From the NCBI GenBank assembly GCA_965219565.1, contig OZ244780.1, forward strand, positions 174,287 through 238,286: 64,000 nucleotides of DNA, written 5' to 3'. Within the stretch, counting starts at the first letter, position 1; each line of letters opens with the position of its first letter. The position numbers and the translations under genes were made by a program. Of the stretch, positions 62,739 through 64,000 are shown in pieces. The notes beneath the pieces were generated by a model. That model saw only the letters and a program-made list of their open reading frames with translations, had not been told where the DNA came from and did no database searches. Origin of the DNA: Dehalococcoidia bacterium. GTDB taxonomy: Bacteria > Chloroflexota > Dehalococcoidia > Lucifugimonadales > JAGWBF01.

Positions 62739-64000
62739 ATGCCAGATCAAGACATCGCTCAGATGGCCCATCTCATGCGCAGGGCCGGTTTTGGAGCCGC
62801 CCGCGACGAGCTGGACGAGCGAGCGGCTAAAGGGTATGCGCAGACGGTGGAAGAGCTGCTGGACCCCGACGTATACGGGGCGCCGCGCATCGACCCGGGA
62901 ATCCTCTTCCGCACCTTCCCATACATAGAAAGCGGCGTCGCCGACCGGGGCAGCACACGCCACATCTGGTATCTCATCAACAACCCACGGCCCTTGGAGG
63001 AAAAGGTCGCCCTCTTTTGGCACTCGGTGTTTGCCACGGGAACGGTCAAGATAGACAACCCCCTCGAAACGGCGCGCCAGCTGGACATGTTCCGCGCGTT
63101 CGGCCTAGGCAGCTACCGAGACCTGTTGATCGAGTTGGCCAGAGACCCGGCGATGATCTACTGGCTGGACAACTACGCCAACCTTAAGGACAAACCCAAC
63201 GAGAACTGGGGCAGGGAACTTTTAGAGCTCTTCTCCATGGGACAGGGCAACTATACCGAGATGGATGTCTTCGAGTGCGCCCGGGCTTTCACAGGTTGGG
63301 GCATAGCCCCTAAGCCCCCCGACAACGTCGGCCTTGGCCGCTATACTTGGGACTTCCAATACGTTCCTGATGACCATGACGACACCGAGAAGACTTTCCT
63401 AGGGCATGTAGGAAGGTTCAACGGCGAGGACGTCATCGACATCATCGTACGTCAACCGGCCACCGCTCGCTTCATCGCCAGACACATATACAACTTCTTC
63501 GTGGCTGACGAGGTGCAGGTGCCGGCCTGGCTCCACACGCCGCCCAGGGACCCGGTCGCCGTAAATCTCATCGCCGACGCCTTCACATCCTCGGGCTACG
63601 ACATACGATCAACCCTAAGAATGGTGTTCAACTCCGACTTTTTCAAAGAAGCCCGGTTCCAGAGGGTGAAGAGCCCCGCGGAGTTGGTGGCGGGCATCTG
63701 CCGTTTGGTGGGCGACTTCAAGTACCCGAGGCCCGACCTAGAGCAGTTGGGAGTCGAATGTGGGTTTATGGGGCAGGCTCTGAGTGACCCGCCCAGCGTG
63801 GAGGGTTGGCACTATGGCGCCGAGTGGATAGACGCTGGGTCGCTCGTTAAGCGCATCAGCTACGCCAGCGAAGTCGTGTCCAGCCTGGAGTACCCGGGAG
63901 TCCAGGACATGGTCAACAGCATCAAGCGAAAAGGGGACCTCAGTCCCTATGAGTTCGTAGACGCTTGCCTGGACTTGCTGGGCGCTGTGGAGGTCCGCCC
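62739..64000 (+). CDS. DUF1800-family protein (partial, continues beyond the window)
   Basis: Not in the ORF track because no stop falls inside the window. Hand translation from the ATG at 62739 gives MPDQDIAQMAHLMRRAGFGAARDELD...EKVALFWHSVFATG...PAMIYWLDNYAN... Confidence 0.75.
   Translation, partial: MPDQDIAQMAHLMRRAGFGAARDELDERAAKGYAQTVEELLDPDVYGAPRIDPGILFRTFPYIESGVADRGSTRHIWYLINNPRPLEEKVALFWHSVFATGTVKIDNPLETARQLDMFRAFGLGSYRDLLIELARDPAMIYWLDNYANLKDKPNENWGRELLELFSMGQGNYTEMDVFECARAFTGWGIAPKPPDNVGLGRYTWDFQYVPDDHDDTEKTFLGHVGRFNGEDVIDIIVRQPATARFIARHIYNFFVADEVQVPAWLHTPPRDPVAVNLIADAFTSSGYDIRSTLRMVFNSDFFKEARFQRVKSPAELVAGICRLVGDFKYPRPDLEQLGVECGFMGQALSDPPSVEGWHYGAEWIDAGSLVKRISYASEVVSSLEYPGVQDMVNSIKRKGDLSPYEFVDACLDLLGAVEVR

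Overview
High-GC bacterial chromosomal window (about 60-65% GC on hand-counted lines). It is gene-dense, with roughly 58 protein-coding genes and one rRNA.

Contents from left to right:
(i) A MoeB-like E1 enzyme plus CysM, suggesting sulfur-carrier-dependent cysteine synthesis.
(ii) A ~9-kb head-module-only HK97-type phage-like cluster on the minus strand: Zn-ribbon ORF, TerL, portal, prohead protease, major capsid, connector and neck proteins. No tail, lysis, integrase or replication genes are present. The cluster is split by a secreted S1 protease plus lipoprotein insert. It carries two paralogous leader terminators and a single in-frame TAG between the Zn-ribbon ORF and TerL.
(iii) An RdhA-like Fe-S protein, radA, a DUF429 gene broken by a 7-bp tandem duplication, and clpC.
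(iv) An orphan 5S rRNA with its own sigma70-like promoter, then a three-gene minus-strand island. The island holds a 1113-aa single-chain Type IIG/ISP-like nuclease-methyltransferase, a low-GC membrane-anchored pentapeptide-repeat protein and a retropepsin-like aspartic protease. Together with the phage-like head cluster, this is my best candidate for an undescribed system.
(v) A MoaD-MoaE fusion; arginine genes argJ-argB-(UPF0182)-argD-argG-argH; rpe, rpmB, a yloV-like gene and recG; a low-GC free-standing HNH endonuclease; a VOC protein, argS and fabI.
(vi) An F420 block (LLM oxidoreductase, cofC, cofD, cofH, cofG), then three tandem double-NIPSNAP paralogues and ruvB.
(vii) A Type II restriction-modification pair.
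(viii) An iron block: a rubrerythrin-VIT1 fusion and an Fe3+-type ABC importer with an embedded ABM/IsdG-like monooxygenase, with a palindromic operator over the importer promoter. A DUF1800 gene runs off the right edge.

Several families of short GC-rich palindromic intergenic repeats occur. I saw no CRISPR array, tRNA, integrase or transposase. Separate cofG/cofH genes together with RdhA-like and NIPSNAP genes weakly suggest a Chloroflexota-like lineage (inference only). All family calls come from motif recognition by eye; no database search or computation was possible.
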